NCBI GenBank assembly: GCA_963747105.1
Contig: CAVVEC010000002.1
Span: forward strand, 219,438-283,437
Source of the DNA: an uncultured Acidobacteriota bacterium
GTDB taxonomy: Bacteria; Acidobacteriota; Terriglobia; Terriglobales; Acidobacteriaceae
Length of the DNA: 64,000 bases
Reading direction: 5' to 3'
Below, piece after piece: positions 63,155 to 64,000 of this stretch. Position 1 is the first letter of the stretch, and each line of letters begins with the position of its first letter. The notes beneath the pieces are model-generated. The model was not told the DNA's origin, searched no databases, and worked only from the letters and a program-made list of their open reading frames with translations. The position numbers and the translations under genes are program-made.

Positions 63155-64000
63155 CTTCGCGGGAGGAGGCACAGACCTTCCGGCTTATTACCAGCAGTTC
63201 GGCGGCGCGGTGCTCAGCGTGGCCATCAACAAGTACTTCTACACGATCCTGGGCAAGCGTACGGACGGGCACGTCCAGGTTATCTCTTCCGACCTCCGCG
63301 TTTTTGAAAACTGGCACGACATTGCCGCCACGAATGTCGCCGGCAGCGGAATCGAAATCCCACTCGCGGTTTTGAAGGATCTGGCGTGCGACATCTCAGT
63401 GGATCTCTTTCTCGCGTCCGAGATTCCGCCTGGCACGGGGTTAGGTTCGTCGGCGAGTGTCTGTGTCAACATCCTGAAGACGCTGACATCTTATCTGCGC
63501 AGACCTCTCTCCAAGTATGAGCTTGCAGAGCGCGCCTTTCACATCGCCCGGCACAACCTGGGACACCATGTAGGCAAGCAGGATGAATATGCCGCTGCCT
63601 TTGGAGGCCTGAACTTCATTACGTTTAGTCGTGACGGTACAACCCAAGTAGAACAGCTGGACCTCGATGCCGAGGTCATGCGCCAACTGCAGGCCAACCT
63701 TATGCTGTTCTTCACGGGTTCGGCGCACCACTCCTGGACTATCTTGGAAGAGCAGGAGAAATCGGCCAGCGCACACAAAGGCACTACCGTTGATGCTTTG
63801 CATGAAGTGCGTCAGCTAGCCGAGCGCATGCGAGAGACGTTGATGAAAAGCGACCTGGGAACATTTGGCACATTGCTGGACGAGGCTTGGCAGGCAAAGA
63901 AGCGTGTCTCCAACAGAATCTCGAGTCCGCGGATTGACCAGCTGTATCAAGCAGCTCGCCGACAAGGCGCCTCGGGCGGCAAGATCACCGGCGCAGGCGG
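63123..64000 (+). CDS. hddA: GHMP-family kinase, D-glycero-alpha-D-manno-heptose-7-phosphate kinase-like; runs off the window end
   Basis: Hand translation from the GTG at 63123 gives VLIVRSPVRISFAGGGTDLPAYYQQFGGAVLSVAINKYFY...LASEIPPGTGLGSSASVCVNIL...GKQDEYAAAFGGLNFI...GASGGKITGAGG. The frame is open to position 64000, so it is absent from the ORF track. Confidence 0.75.
   Translation, partial: MLIVRSPVRISFAGGGTDLPAYYQQFGGAVLSVAINKYFYTILGKRTDGHVQVISSDLRVFENWHDIAATNVAGSGIEIPLAVLKDLACDISVDLFLASEIPPGTGLGSSASVCVNILKTLTSYLRRPLSKYELAERAFHIARHNLGHHVGKQDEYAAAFGGLNFITFSRDGTTQVEQLDLDAEVMRQLQANLMLFFTGSAHHSWTILEEQEKSASAHKGTTVDALHEVRQLAERMRETLMKSDLGTFGTLLDEAWQAKKRVSNRISSPRIDQLYQAARRQGASGGKITGAG

Overview
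GC-rich bacterial chromosomal segment. The gene content looks acidobacterial (inference): a GloVer-type tandem-repeat protein, a TIGR03118-like propeller, many cobalamin-type radical SAM paralogs, and GTCATCC...GTCGAAGG intergenic hairpin repeats. Layout: (1) 1-2.8 kb holds the tail of a complex I operon, nuoA-nuoC-nuoD-nuoE on the minus strand, riddled with single-nt frame breaks and lacking nuoB. (2) 3-10.6 kb holds small and housekeeping genes: thiS, a MerR regulator with twin palindromic operators, ribBA, a REC-PilZ protein, an outer-membrane beta-barrel and a small secreted protein. (3) 10.7-31.4 kb is an unusual ~21 kb block of three operons. It encodes five radical SAM enzymes (four B12-binding type, one SPASM/twitch-like), three class I methyltransferases, an NTP_transf_5-type nucleotidyltransferase, two HprK-like P-loop proteins, three GT-C-type membrane transferases (one fused to a TolB-like propeller) and a PLC/AcpA-type phosphoesterase. 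Each operon is preceded by arrays of TTNACA-like hexamers phased at about 11 bp, and the same arrays precede two neighbouring secreted-protein loci. (4) 31.6-38 kb holds secreted propeller/repeat proteins around a tRNA-Leu(UAA) that has a displaced 3-prime tRNA fragment. (5) 38.4-64 kb is a Wzx/Wzy-type polysaccharide locus: atypical receivers, a UpxY/NusG-like antiterminator, a giant multi-SLBB exporter, a PAP2-Wzi fusion, a PCP, methyltransferases, Wzy, Wzx, GT2, GT4s, epimerases, two phosphoglycosyl transferases, galE, gmhA and hddA. No CRISPR array, rRNA, integrase or transposase was seen. Roughly 25 single-nucleotide frame disruptions are present and unevenly distributed. All family names come from reading motifs by eye, not from database searches.
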